64,000 nucleotides of DNA, taken from NCBI GenBank assembly GCA_041601615.1, contig JBFIHX010000002.1:96001-160000 (forward strand), in the 5' to 3' direction. Of the stretch, positions 10,090 through 19,916 are shown piece after piece. The stretch's first letter is position 1; every line of letters starts with the position of its first letter. The notes under the pieces were generated by a model. It ran no database searches. It was given only the letters and a program-made list of their open reading frames with translations, and was not told the DNA's origin. Origin of the DNA: Thermoplasmatota archaeon. Lineage in GTDB: Archaea > Thermoplasmatota > E2 > JACPAO01 > JAHFTW01. A program made the translations under genes and the position numbers.

Positions 10090-10656
10090 CTAGCGGGCAT
10101 ACGTTCCCATCCATTGGGCCTCGGCAAGCACGTGTCCTTCGCGTGCCGCCTCGAAGGCCCGCCTGTCGCTGCCGGCAGCAAGTTGTAGCGTCGTATCGAG
10201 CGCGTACACAGTCAACACGTAGCGATGCGTCCCTCGGGGCGGACAGGGGCCACCGTAGTCGGCTCGGCCCCAGGTGTTGATGCCTACGGTTCCGAGTCCC
10301 GTTCCGTTCGTGCCCTCGGGCCACTCCATGACGTCGGGCGGAATGTCCCACACGAGCCAGTGTACCCAGGGTTCGTCGGGCGCATCCGGGTCGTCAAAAA
10401 TGGCCGCCAGCGAGGCAGCGCCCGAGGGAACGTCGTGGACCGTCCATGGCGGCGTTTGATCTTCGCCGTCGCAGGAATACCGTGCGGGAATCGATGCACC
10501 ATTGGGGTAGGCTGTGGAAGTGACTCGCATGAACGCCTCGGGCACGGGGGCACTTGGGTTGGTTCCGCCGTAGGGTGGGGCCCCGTCGGGATCTAGGCAG
10601 CCAACTAGGAGGACGCCGAGGAGGAAACCAAGCACGGAACCGGCCCCGCCGCGCAT
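10090..10656 (-). CDS. YbhB/YbcL (PEBP/RKIP-like) lipoprotein
   Basis: LVGC lipobox; DDPDAP..WVHW, YGGPCPP.GTHRY. Confidence 0.92.
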   Translation of the reverse strand: MRGGAGSVLGFLLGVLLVGCLDPDGAPPYGGTNPSAPVPEAFMRVTSTAYPNGASIPARYSCDGEDQTPPWTVHDVPSGAASLAAIFDDPDAPDEPWVHWLVWDIPPDVMEWPEGTNGTGLGTVGINTWGRADYGGPCPPRGTHRYVLTVYALDTTLQLAAGSDRRAFEAAREGHVLAEAQWMGTYAR

Positions 10657-10779
10657 GGTTTGATGTTGTCTGCTAGGGCCTCAAAAGTTCTGCAAAGAAG
10701 AAGCGGGAAGAGCAAGGGGTGGTTTGGTGCGTTTCGTTCGTGTGGCGACCGCAGGGGGGGCGGGTGGGGTCGATTTCTG

Positions 10780-11442
10780 TCAGTATTCTACGGTGCCAAC
10801 GAGGCCTTGCTCGGCAACGATTTCACTGGCTTCGAGCGCGAAGGTCCATTCGCCGGGCGCGTAGCCTTGCAAGTCTTCGGTCATGAGGTGGAAGTACTGT
10901 GCTTCGGCGTCGTCCAGAGACAATACCACGTTGCCGGCGCCATCTCGTAGCTCTACATGCAGGCTACCCGAGAGGAGCCCGAAGGTCATTCCTTGGTAGT
11001 GCCAGTCCAGCTCGAACACTTCGAAGCCCTCGTACACATCCCAGGAGAAGGTGTAGCCGTCGTCCAAGAGTTGAAGGCCGTTGGTGCAGAAGTGCACGTC
11101 GTCGGGTTTTTCCTCGCTCGATTCGGGCTCGGCGGTCTCGTTCTGGTCGGCAGTACCGTTGTGGTAGTGGTGGTGATGGTAGTGCCCGGTTTCGTTGCCA
11201 TCGTCGGCTGGTTCAGGGTCCGGTTCGTCGGGCTCGGCTGTCTCGTTGTGGTCGGGTTCCCGGGTCTCGTTGCCGGCGGTTTCGTTGCCGTGCCCACGAC
11301 CGGAGCACACTTGGACGCCTTCGCCGCCGAGGCAATCGCTGGCGGGCGCGGTGGTGGGTTCGAAAAAATCACCGACGAGCGCCGCAGCGCCTCCGGCAAG
11401 TACCGTCGATAGGGACAGAAGAACAGAAAGTGTGGTGTTCAT
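10780..11442 (-). CDS. Secreted acidic/His-rich hypothetical protein with repeated N-x-T sequons
   Basis: Hydrophobic N-terminus; repeated GNET/HNET/QNET; HYHHHHYH; start uncertain. Confidence 0.65.
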   Translation of the reverse strand: MNTTLSVLLSLSTVLAGGAAALVGDFFEPTTAPASDCLGGEGVQVCSGRGHGNETAGNETREPDHNETAEPDEPDPEPADDGNETGHYHHHHYHNGTADQNETAEPESSEEKPDDVHFCTNGLQLLDDGYTFSWDVYEGFEVFELDWHYQGMTFGLLSGSLHVELRDGAGNVVLSLDDAEAQYFHLMTEDLQGYAPGEWTFALEASEIVAEQGLVGTVEY

Positions 11443-11566
11443 CGATACCAAAGCGGCGTTCTTGCCTACTTAAGCAGTATAGTTCCATCAAACGAATCAA
11501 CTAGACTTTGGGGCGCGCCGCGCCCGCTCCGAAACCTCCAACGCCCCGAGTCGCTGACCCGCTCTT

Positions 11567-11977
11567 GTGGCTCCCGACGAACGCCCCGCCAAGCTCCTGG
11601 CTCGCACTCCCGTGGAGGAGGCGCACCTCCAGCGGCTTCAGGAACTCTCATCCCACGCGCAAGCGGCTGCCGAGGCTGCAAACGTAGACCTGCAATACGA
11701 GTTTGGACCCGTTGTTGCATATATTGCCGGGTGCCAGCAGTTCTTGCGTCTGCACCGAGGCGGCGAAGCACCCGGGGCCGTCGAATTGATGCTACCGCCG
11801 GACGCGAAGGCCGCCCTCGAAGCGGCGGGATATGAGGCGCTTGAGCCCTTTGGCGCAGTGTTCAAAATGTTCGGATGGACCCGCGTGGAGCCGATGGCGG
11901 GCACCGCCGAAGCGCTGGATGCGGCCGTGGAGGCCGCCTTGGAGCATGCGCGCAGCAAGGGAAAGCCCAAGCTCTAA
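11567..11977 (+). CDS. Hypothetical protein
   Basis: 136-aa ORF with coding-like composition; 'MFGWTRV' loosely recalls YjbR/luciferase-like small domains. Confidence 0.55.
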   Translation: MAPDERPAKLLARTPVEEAHLQRLQELSSHAQAAAEAANVDLQYEFGPVVAYIAGCQQFLRLHRGGEAPGAVELMLPPDAKAALEAAGYEALEPFGAVFKMFGWTRVEPMAGTAEALDAAVEAALEHARSKGKPKL

Positions 11978-12114
11978 GCGGCAATGGCGAAGGGTCCAAT
12001 GCGGTCCGAATTGGACACAATAGCTAACGTGGAACCGTGGCGGCGCCGTCTTGAGGGGACCGCGTCGATGCGCACGCTGTGTGGGGGTTTGCACCCACGC
12101 AAGGAAAGAAATCC

Positions 12115-12351
12115 ATGAACAAGACCATCCTCATCAGCGCAATGCTCCTTCTGGCCGCAGTGGCCGTCGCCCCGACCGCCTCCGCCGTTGACCCCTGCAA
12201 GGCTTACGGTGCTTGTGTGGACGTTTCGGAAAGCGGCGTCACCGTGGGCGACTGCCAAACCATCGGTTGCGTTGGTGTATACTGGAGCAGCGGGCAAATC
12301 TGCTACGGCGTCAGCTACCAAGTGCCGCAGTGCACGCCGCCCATCTCGTAA
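12115..12351 (+). CDS. Small secreted 6-Cys peptide, copy 1
   Basis: Signal peptide ending APTASA; mature VDPCKAYGAC...; paralogous to 12529-12765. Confidence 0.8.
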   Translation: MNKTILISAMLLLAAVAVAPTASAVDPCKAYGACVDVSESGVTVGDCQTIGCVGVYWSSGQICYGVSYQVPQCTPPIS

Positions 12352-12528
12352 ACGCAGAAGTGCGTATTCTTTTCCACTCTTCCCTATCCGCCTCGCTTGA
12401 ATTTCAAATGTCAACTCTGATGATTTTGATAGTGCGCCTTGGGTGCCTATGAAAATGTCCAAGTGCAGGGAGTCCAGTTGCATCATGGTGCGCCCCATCC
12501 GGGGCAGCGCAAACTCTCTGGTGAAACT

Positions 12529-12765
12529 ATGAACAAGACAACGATCCTCCTATCCGCCGGCCTCTTGCTGGCAGCAAGCCTCGCCATGGTCCCGGCCGCC
12601 AGCGCGGTTGATCCCTGCGATGCCTACGGTGCATGTGTCACCGTCACCGACAGCGGCGTCTTTGTCGGCGACTGCGACAAACTCGTCTGTGCGGGCGTAT
12701 GGAACTACGGCGGCGGCGGTTACTACTGCGTCGGCATCAGCTACCAAGCGCCCATGTGCACCTAA
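12529..12765 (+). CDS. Small secreted 6-Cys peptide, copy 2
   Basis: Signal peptide ending VPAASA; mature VDPCDAYGAC...; GGTGA SD upstream; Cys spacing nearly identical to copy 1. Confidence 0.8.
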   Translation: MNKTTILLSAGLLLAASLAMVPAASAVDPCDAYGACVTVTDSGVFVGDCDKLVCAGVWNYGGGGYYCVGISYQAPMCT

Positions 12766-12829
12766 GCCACTTGGTCGCACGCACGACGAACGCGATCCTC
12801 CTCCCGCTTCATCCTCCTATTTGCACGCT

Positions 12830-15028
12830 CTATTTGGGACTCCAACCTCGCATCAAGAGACTGTTGCCCACGACGCTGACACTGCTAAACGCCATGGCGC
12901 CCGCCGCAATCATCGGATTCAGCAACCAGCCCGTCAAGGGGTACAAGGCCCCCATTGCAAGAGGAATCAGCAACACGTTGTAGCCGAACGCCCACACAAG
13001 GTTTTGACGAATTTTGCGCACCGTGTACGAAGACAACTGCATCGCAGTCACGGCACCGTTCAAGTCGCCGCGCACAAGCACAATGTCGCCCGTTTCTTTG
13101 GCCACATCCGTTCCCGTGCCCACCGCGATGCCCACATCCGCCTGTGCGAGGGCCGGCGCGTCGTTGATGCCATCGCCCACCATGGCAACCACTGAACCCG
13201 CCGCCTGCAACGCCTTGACGTGCTCGGATTTCTGTTCCGGGCGCACATTCGCCACCACTTCCGTGATGCCGACCTGAGCGGCCACCGTGCGTGCCGTCGC
13301 CTCGTTGTCGCCAGTCAAGAGCACCACGCGGGCACCCATTTTATGCAAGCGCTCCACCGCAGCAGCACTAGAAGGTTTCACAGGATCAGCCACGGCCACG
13401 AGGCCAACGACCACGCCATCGAAGGCAACGAACACTGTCGTGCGTGCCTGACGCTCCTGCGATTCGAGTTTCGATTCCCAGTCGCCAAGCGCCACGCCTC
13501 GCGCAGCCATGAGTGCCCGGTTCCCCACAAGGACATCCACGCCATCTGAAGTCCCCGCAACACCCTGGCCTGCAATCGACTCGAATCCTTGGACCTTGGG
13601 CATTTGGATGCCGCGAGCCTTCGCGCCCTTGACAATGGCGTCGGCCACCGGGTGCTCGCTCTGGGATTCGACAGCAGCCACAAGCGCCAGCATCCAATCC
13701 TCGTGGGTGCCCTCGGCAGCCTCCACGGCCACCAGTTTCGGGCGCCCTTCGGTTACGGTGCCCGTTTTGTCCAGCACCACCACATCCACGTCTCGGACCC
13801 GCTCCAGTGCCTCGCCGCCCTTGATGAGAATGCCGCGAGCAGCACCCAGCCCCGTGCCCATCATGATCGCCGTGGGAGTCGCAAGCCCCATCGCGCACGG
13901 ACACGCAATGACCAGAACGCTCACCGTGATGAGGGCAGCAAACACCGTCACGGTCTGGCTTGAGGGCAACCCGTACAGGTCTGCGCCAAGGGCCGCCCAG
14001 AAGATGCCTGCGGCCACCGCCAGGATGAGCACGGTCGGCACAAACACGGAACTGACGCGATCCGCGATGCGTTGCAACGGCGCCTTGCGTTCGTTGGCTT
14101 CCTGCACCAACTTCACGATCTGTGCCAAGAGCGTGTCGTCACCAATGCGTGTTGCCTCGATGGCCAACGCCCCACCGTGCACGAGCGTGGCACCCACCAC
14201 GTCGTCGCCGGCGCCCTTGGCAGCGGGAATCGGTTCGCCCGTCACCATGGACTCATCCACATGCGCCGACCCATACACCACGCGCCCGTCCACGGGCACC
14301 TTCTCGCCCGGTTTCACGAGCAACTGGTCGCCAACTTCGACCATTTCGATGGCCACTTCCTCCTCTTCGCCATCGGATCGAATCCGGCGAGCCGTCGGAG
14401 GCGCAAGATCCATGAGTGCGTGGATCGCGGACCGAGCACTGCGCTTGGCACGCGCCTCCAGCGTCTTTCCAAGACTGATGAGCGTGATGATGACCGCGGC
14501 GGTCTCAAAGTAGGTGGCGTGCGCCATGGCGCCCTGGACCACAAGCACTGCACTCAGACCATAGGCAGCGCTCGATCCAAGCGCTACGAGCGTGTCCATG
14601 GTCGCCGCACGGTTGCGAAGGGCCCGCCACGCACCCTTGTAGAACACGAGGCCCGCCCCGAATTGGACCGGTGTTGCAAGCGCCCAAACAATCCAACCAT
14701 CAAACGGAAGCATCGCGCCGCCAAGCGGCAAGTAGAGCATCGTGTACACCAAGATGGGCAGCGTCAGGATTCCGGCCATGAGCGTTCGCCGCTGCCAGGA
14801 GTGCGCCTCGTCCTCCACATCGTCCGTTGCAACAGCGTACCCCGCTGCCTCCACGGCCCGGCGCAGATCCGCCTCCGCCACCACGCCTTCGCTCTGTACC
14901 AAGGCTCGTTCCGTAGCCAAACTGACAGCCACTTTCGTGACGCCCGGAACTTGTTCAAGCGCGTGCTGCACATGCCCGACGCAATTGGCACAGGTCATGC
15001 CGGAGATGGGCAAACGGATTTCTTCCAC
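12830..15028 (-). CDS. copA: Cu(+)-translocating P1B-1 ATPase
   Basis: [40 protein letters not shown]; GTG start 15028. Confidence 0.95.
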   Translation of the reverse strand: MEEIRLPISGMTCANCVGHVQHALEQVPGVTKVAVSLATERALVQSEGVVAEADLRRAVEAAGYAVATDDVEDEAHSWQRRTLMAGILTLPILVYTMLYLPLGGAMLPFDGWIVWALATPVQFGAGLVFYKGAWRALRNRAATMDTLVALGSSAAYGLSAVLVVQGAMAHATYFETAAVIITLISLGKTLEARAKRSARSAIHALMDLAPPTARRIRSDGEEEEVAIEMVEVGDQLLVKPGEKVPVDGRVVYGSAHVDESMVTGEPIPAAKGAGDDVVGATLVHGGALAIEATRIGDDTLLAQIVKLVQEANERKAPLQRIADRVSSVFVPTVLILAVAAGIFWAALGADLYGLPSSQTVTVFAALITVSVLVIACPCAMGLATPTAIMMGTGLGAARGILIKGGEALERVRDVDVVVLDKTGTVTEGRPKLVAVEAAEGTHEDWMLALVAAVESQSEHPVADAIVKGAKARGIQMPKVQGFESIAGQGVAGTSDGVDVLVGNRALMAARGVALGDWESKLESQERQARTTVFVAFDGVVVGLVAVADPVKPSSAAAVERLHKMGARVVLLTGDNEATARTVAAQVGITEVVANVRPEQKSEHVKALQAAGSVVAMVGDGINDAPALAQADVGIAVGTGTDVAKETGDIVLVRGDLNGAVTAMQLSSYTVRKIRQNLVWAFGYNVLLIPLAMGALYPLTGWLLNPMIAAGAMAFSSVSVVGNSLLMRGWSPK

Positions 15029-15091
15029 GAACCAACATAGGCCGGGGGGTTTTGACCACCTTGCGCTTTGCAACTGAAAAGGCGTCCGCCG

Positions 15092-15685
15092 CTATACCTG
15101 GATGAGGCCCAAGGCCACGAGGGCCAACAACCCCGAGAAAACCGCCAGCAACGCCGCCGACACCATCGCCACCACCGGAGCAAACCACTTCCAGCGCGAC
15201 GCGCCATGGGCCATCAAAAACGAAAACACGACGACCCAGCCAAAAATGCCTGCCACGAGCCCGCCGACACCGGGGAGGCCCTGCACCTGCAAGAACACAA
15301 AGCCGCCCGAAAGCCACCACGCCACCTGGTACGGATTGGTGAGTGCCGCTGCCAATCCAGCAACAAACGTCGCCGGCTGATCCGATGCCTTGGCGCCCGC
15401 GCGGCCATTCCACGTCTGGATCGCAAAGTACGCCATCAACAGTGCGCCCAATGCCGCAGCCGACCGAATCACGACCGGGCGATCCAGCAAATCACCCAAG
15501 CCAAACAACAGCACCGCGAGGTAGATCACGTCCGCCACGGGCGCCCCCATGCCCACTCGGATTCCCGCCCACGCCCCATGCCGACTGCTTTCCCGAGCAA
15601 TCAACGCATTCATCGGGCCCGGCGGCGCCGCGAGGCTCAAACCCAGTCCCAACCCCAGCAAAACCGCGACAATCAAGCTTGCCAA
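15092..15685 (-). CDS. LysE family translocator
   Basis: LSLAAPPGPMNALI and ALTNPYQVAWW motifs; about 6 TMs. Confidence 0.9.
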   Translation of the reverse strand: MASLIVAVLLGLGLGLSLAAPPGPMNALIARESSRHGAWAGIRVGMGAPVADVIYLAVLLFGLGDLLDRPVVIRSAAALGALLMAYFAIQTWNGRAGAKASDQPATFVAGLAAALTNPYQVAWWLSGGFVFLQVQGLPGVGGLVAGIFGWVVVFSFLMAHGASRWKWFAPVVAMVSAALLAVFSGLLALVALGLIQV

Positions 15686-15742
15686 ACACCCAACCTCCTG
15701 GTTTCGTAGACTTCAAGAGTCGCCAACGATATTCGGCCGATG

Positions 15743-15946
15743 ATGCGAACCGCCCTCGCCCTCGCGCTATGTGCCCTGCTCATTGCCCCCGTCGCCGCCG
15801 CCGGCCCACCCGACGTAGTCGGCACCGTCATGGACGCCTGGGAGGATCGCAGCCACTGCTTTTTGATCCTCACCCAACCGTACGAGAACCCCGTCGACGC
15901 CGCGCTGGGCATCGCCAAAGTCGCCATCTGCCTTGCGACCTCCTAG
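15743..15946 (+). CDS. Small secreted hypothetical peptide
   Basis: Signal peptide MRTALALALCALLIAPVAAA; two Cys in the mature part. Confidence 0.55.
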   Translation: MRTALALALCALLIAPVAAAGPPDVVGTVMDAWEDRSHCFLILTQPYENPVDAALGIAKVAICLATS

Positions 15947-16500
15947 TAATCGTAGTCGCGATCGTCGGCCTCTTCCAGCTCCACCCCAAGGCCCTGCACC
16001 ATGCGATTGACGTAGTTGAAGTACGACACAACTTCCGTCGCATGCAGAATCGAATCGTCCTCGAAACCAGCAGCGCGCAGCGCATCGACCGCCTCCTTGC
16101 GCCCCTTGGTCGGATCCCGGGTTAGGCCAATGGCGTAATCGGCAAGCGCCCGCTCCTGCACATCCAAAGAGAACGTCTCCGGCTCCGCTGCAAGCGCCTG
16201 GACCCACGCGGCATCCTTGACGTACTTGTTGAGCGCCTCACCGTGGTGCACCACGCAATACGCACAGTCATTGACCGCACTCACCACGACCGCCAACAAC
16301 TCGCGCTGCCGCCGGCTCAACGGCCCCTTGCCAAACACCGTGTCCATGTACAAGTCCAGATGCGTCCGCAATCCCTTCGGGCGCAAACTCTGAATGCGCA
16401 GCACATTGGCCACGCGGCCTCGCGTGCGTTGGATCTCGTCGTAGACCTTGAACAAATCCCCCTCAGCTTCGTCCTCGGAGATGATACGGATGTACGGCAT
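15943..16500 (-). CDS. AhpD/CMD-family peroxidase-related enzyme
   Basis: RELLAVVVSAVNDCAYCVVHH; FNYVNR. Confidence 0.9.
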   Translation of the reverse strand: MPYIRIISEDEAEGDLFKVYDEIQRTRGRVANVLRIQSLRPKGLRTHLDLYMDTVFGKGPLSRRQRELLAVVVSAVNDCAYCVVHHGEALNKYVKDAAWVQALAAEPETFSLDVQERALADYAIGLTRDPTKGRKEAVDALRAAGFEDDSILHATEVVSYFNYVNRMVQGLGVELEEADDRDYDY

Positions 16501-16527
16501 GGCGCAGGCGACGGACAGCCCCCCCGG

Positions 16528-17283
16528 TTAAGTGGCTTGGGTGCCGGCCGAACTGGACGAAAAGGACTCCGCCAGAGAAATCGGGAGCTGCACCCGAAAC
16601 ACCGTCCCAGGCGACCCCTCATGCACAGCGATGCGCCCGCCCTGCGCATGCACAATGCCCTGCACAAGAGACAAACCCAAGCCGTGCCCGCCCTCGCCCT
16701 GGCCCTCAAACGGCTGAAACAGATTCTCTCGAATCGCAGCATCAATACCCGCGCCCTCGTCCCCCACCGCCAAACATAGCCCCGAATCGTCCACATTCAC
16801 CCGCACTTCGACACGACCCCCATCCGGGCTGTGGCGCAACGCATTGCCAAGCAAATTGAACAACACCTCCCGAAACCGCGTCGAATCCAACACCACCACA
16901 ACCCCCTTCGGCCGCACGCGAGCATCCAAGTAAATGCCCCGGGCGTCCGCGTCCGGTCGCAGCAGCGCCACCACCTCCTCCATCGCATCTTCCGGCCGAA
17001 ACGGGCGAGGCCGAAGCCGTAGCGTCCCCGTCTCAATCGCAGCAAAATCCAGAAACTCCGCAGTCAGACACTCAAGATGCGACACATTGCGACGCACCAA
17101 ATCCACCACAGCCCGCTGGCGAGGATTCAACGGCCCCAAGGACCCATCCGCCATCAACCCCATCAGGCCACGAATGCCGCCAAGCGGAGTCTGCAGCTCA
17201 TGCGCAAGAAACGCCAGATTCCTTTCTGCAGGGCCCAACGCATCCTCTGTTTGCTTCGGTGTCTTGACAGATCTGCTGATCAT
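16528..17283 (-). CDS. Histidine kinase (HisKA + HATPase_c only)
   Basis: LAHELQTPL, NLLGNA, DEGAGI, GHGLGL. Confidence 0.88.
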   Translation of the reverse strand: MISRSVKTPKQTEDALGPAERNLAFLAHELQTPLGGIRGLMGLMADGSLGPLNPRQRAVVDLVRRNVSHLECLTAEFLDFAAIETGTLRLRPRPFRPEDAMEEVVALLRPDADARGIYLDARVRPKGVVVVLDSTRFREVLFNLLGNALRHSPDGGRVEVRVNVDDSGLCLAVGDEGAGIDAAIRENLFQPFEGQGEGGHGLGLSLVQGIVHAQGGRIAVHEGSPGTVFRVQLPISLAESFSSSSAGTQAT

Positions 17284-17433
17284 GAATGCCTCCCTGCACC
17301 CACTGGCCCAAGCATACTCTACGCCTCAGGCCTTAGGTACTTTTGGCAGCAAAGCACCGAACCCCATTGCGCAGGAACGTTCAAGGAACCGACCAGTCGG
17401 CTTTTCAGGCCGGCGCCGGATGGGCTCGATACG

Positions 17434-18693
17434 ATGGTCCGGTCGGCCCCAGCGATGCTTCCGCTGCTTCTGTTGCCCCTGCTGGCCGGGTGCCTCGGCC
17501 ACGACGCCCCCGACACCACCTCCGCTGCAACCGCATTCGAAGGCTCCGATGCCGCCGCACGCGAACGCTTCTCCTACACGCTGTTTCTTGGCATCACGGG
17601 CACCGAAGGCCCCCTCGACTGGGCACGCTACGAAGCAGCACTCGCAAGCACCGGCGGCCCCGGCTCCAAGCTTGCAGAAGGCTTCGACCAAGACGTCCCC
17701 AACGGCGCGCTGGGCGACGGCAAACTCGGATCCTGGCTCACCACCCACTTTGCCTACGACGAGGAAAACCGACTCATCGGCGGCTACTACACCCAAACAC
17801 TCGCCGACGGAACCCGCCACCACGTCTTCGCACCCTTCACCGGCCCCTACGCCGGCACCACCGACTTACCCGACATGATCCACGGCAGGCAAACCCCCAC
17901 GGGCACCGCCCTCATGGCACAACTTGCCCCCATCCTGCCCACACTAGCAGCCGTCGCCGACACAGTCCACACGAACGGACGCACCGCCGCCAACGAACCC
18001 GAATCGGACACAGACAGCGACCCCGTCCTCTGCGCCCTGCGCACCCACACGGACCAATGGAACATCAGCAGCGAAGACGCCGCCGCCATCGCCATGGCCG
18101 ATCCCGAATTTCAACAACATCAATCCAATTTGCCCGGCGGCGAACTGAGCTACTACTACTTCCCCAGCCTCGCGGTCGAAGAAGGCTGCCCGGTCGAACT
18201 GGACGTACCCGACAACTTCTGGGCCATCTCCTACACCGACCTGGACACCTTCCTAGACCCCGAAGTGGCAAGCCCGCCACTCTACACCCTCGTCATCGAC
18301 GCCGAAAACGGCCACATCAACGAACGCCGCGTCCTGCCCCTCGTCCTGCGGCCCCCCGTCCTCATCGACGCGGTCCTATCCGCCACCGACCCCGTTGTTC
18401 CCGCCACGAGAACCCAAACACACACGCTCCCCATACTCGTAGAAGAGCACGCAAGCCGCCTCGAACTGCACAGCTACCGCACCGAGCACGCCACCTACAT
18501 GCTCCACGACGCCACGCGCCTTCGCGACCCCTCCGGCCGCATCATCGAAACCCACGGCTTCGCAAGCGCCCTACACCACTACGAAATTACCGACCCCGAA
18601 CCCGGCGAATGGCGCCTCGAATACCGCTACCAGAGCCTCACGCCCAACGGCCAGCACAAACTTGAGGTGCAAGGCGCCGTCTCGTACCATTGA
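17434..18693 (+). CDS. Hypothetical lipoprotein
   Basis: LLLPLLAGC lipobox; PepSY-like 'LVIDAENG'; C-terminal 'PEPGEWRL' beta domain. Confidence 0.7.
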   Translation: MVRSAPAMLPLLLLPLLAGCLGHDAPDTTSAATAFEGSDAAARERFSYTLFLGITGTEGPLDWARYEAALASTGGPGSKLAEGFDQDVPNGALGDGKLGSWLTTHFAYDEENRLIGGYYTQTLADGTRHHVFAPFTGPYAGTTDLPDMIHGRQTPTGTALMAQLAPILPTLAAVADTVHTNGRTAANEPESDTDSDPVLCALRTHTDQWNISSEDAAAIAMADPEFQQHQSNLPGGELSYYYFPSLAVEEGCPVELDVPDNFWAISYTDLDTFLDPEVASPPLYTLVIDAENGHINERRVLPLVLRPPVLIDAVLSATDPVVPATRTQTHTLPILVEEHASRLELHSYRTEHATYMLHDATRLRDPSGRIIETHGFASALHHYEITDPEPGEWRLEYRYQSLTPNGQHKLEVQGAVSYH

Positions 18694-18746
18694 CGGGGGT
18701 TTTTACCGGGCGAAGAGTGGCGGGATTGCGGACTTCGCTCCTGCAT

Positions 18747-19092
18747 CGCCAAACCGCACGCGGAGGCAGCCCAAGCGACCCCAGAAGGAATCGATCGTTC
18801 TGGGCGGCACTCGCTGCTGCTCGGCCACCCGGGTCAATGCCCGCGTGGAATCATACGCCAAACCGCACGCGGAGGCAGCCCAAGCGACCCCAGAAGGGAT
18901 CGATCGTTCTGGGCGGCACACGCTGCTGCTCGGCCACCCGGGTCAATGCCCGCGTGGAATCATACGCCAAACCGCACGCGGAGGCAGCCCAAGCGACCCC
19001 AGAAGGGATCGATCGTTCTGGGCGGCACTCGCTGCTGCTCGGCCACCCGGGTCAATGCCCGCGTGGAATCATACGCCAAACCGCACGCGGAG
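18747..19092 (+). repeat. 109-bp tandem repeat, three full copies plus a partial copy running into tRNA-Ser
   Basis: Units start at 18747, 18856, 18965 and 19074 (CGCCAAACCGCACGCGGAG...); only two variable positions among the full copies. Confidence 0.95.
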
Positions 19093-19170
19093 ATAGCCAA
19101 GCTCGGCCCACGGCGCCCGTCTTGAAAACGGGTGGACTTGTCCTCGGGGGTTCAAATCCCTCTCTCCGCG
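19087..19170 (+). tRNA. tRNA-Ser (UGA)
   Basis: Acceptor GCGGAGA/TCTCCGC with G discriminator; anticodon arm CCCGT-CTTGAAA-ACGGG; long variable arm; T arm GGGGG-TTCAAAT-CCCTC; no encoded CCA. Confidence 0.93.
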
Positions 19171-19199
19171 CTTCCATTCCTTTTGTGAACATCGCGTGT

Positions 19200-19841
19200 T
19201 CACACGATGCGTTGCCCGTCTCCCTGCGCCTCACTCATCGGCCCCGGCACCAAATTCACCAGTGCCAATTGCGCCCCGTCGCCATTCCAGGAACCGGCAT
19301 TGATGCAGCCGTAATCCTGGCAGAGGCGAAAGGCGCCCATGTAGGGGATGTCCAGGGCGCTGGCCAAGAAGGCGCGGTTCGTACCGGCGTGGCTGAACAC
19401 CGCAACGGTGCGACCCTCGAACTCCTCAACGATACGCGCCAACTCGGCCTGAACGCGGGCAGCAAACGCGCCGGCACTCTCGCCACCAGGACAGGCAATC
19501 GAGGTTGGATCGTCGGCCCATTTTGCCGCAAATTCAGGGTCGCGGGCGGCGATTTCTTCCCAAGTGCGCGTCTCCCACTGCCCAAAGTCCATTTCGGCGA
19601 GCTCCAAGCGAATCTCGGGCTTGATCTGGATGGCCTCGGCAAGCGGCCGGGCGGTATTTTGGGCGCGCAACCGGGGACTCGTGAGCACGGCATCGATGCC
19701 TTGGCCGTCCAGGAAGGAGCCGATTGCTTCTGCTTGGTGTCGGCCAAGCTCACTCAGACGAACATCGGTGCGTCCGACGAAGGTGCCCACGAAAGGCGCC
19801 TCCACCTCCCCATGTCGAGCAAACCAGATGCGCGTGGCCAC
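19200..19841 (-). CDS. Histidine phosphatase (phosphoglycerate mutase/CobC-like)
   Basis: ARHGE, SPRLRA, EMDFGQWE, PGGES, SHAG; GTG start 19841. Confidence 0.9.
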   Translation of the reverse strand: MATRIWFARHGEVEAPFVGTFVGRTDVRLSELGRHQAEAIGSFLDGQGIDAVLTSPRLRAQNTARPLAEAIQIKPEIRLELAEMDFGQWETRTWEEIAARDPEFAAKWADDPTSIACPGGESAGAFAARVQAELARIVEEFEGRTVAVFSHAGTNRAFLASALDIPYMGAFRLCQDYGCINAGSWNGDGAQLALVNLVPGPMSEAQGDGQRIV

Positions 19842-19916
19842 GGCGCTGCCACCGGGCCGGGTGCATTGGCTTTTTGGCACATGCGCCGGTCCTCGGTCGT
19901 GCCCGGCGTCACCGCC

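Noticed and set aside
9962-10093. 43-aa ORF MNSKNPLQELLHQQVG...
   Set aside because: Too short, no motif and no independent support.
18747-19073. Tandem repeat as a CRISPR array
   Set aside because: Units are near-identical along the full 109 bp with no unique spacers, and there are no cas genes in the window.
19087-19170. tRNA-Sec, suppressor tRNA or integration site
   Set aside because: The anticodon is UGA (reads UCA, Ser) with a normal 7-bp acceptor stem; no 3'-end duplication or integrase is seen.
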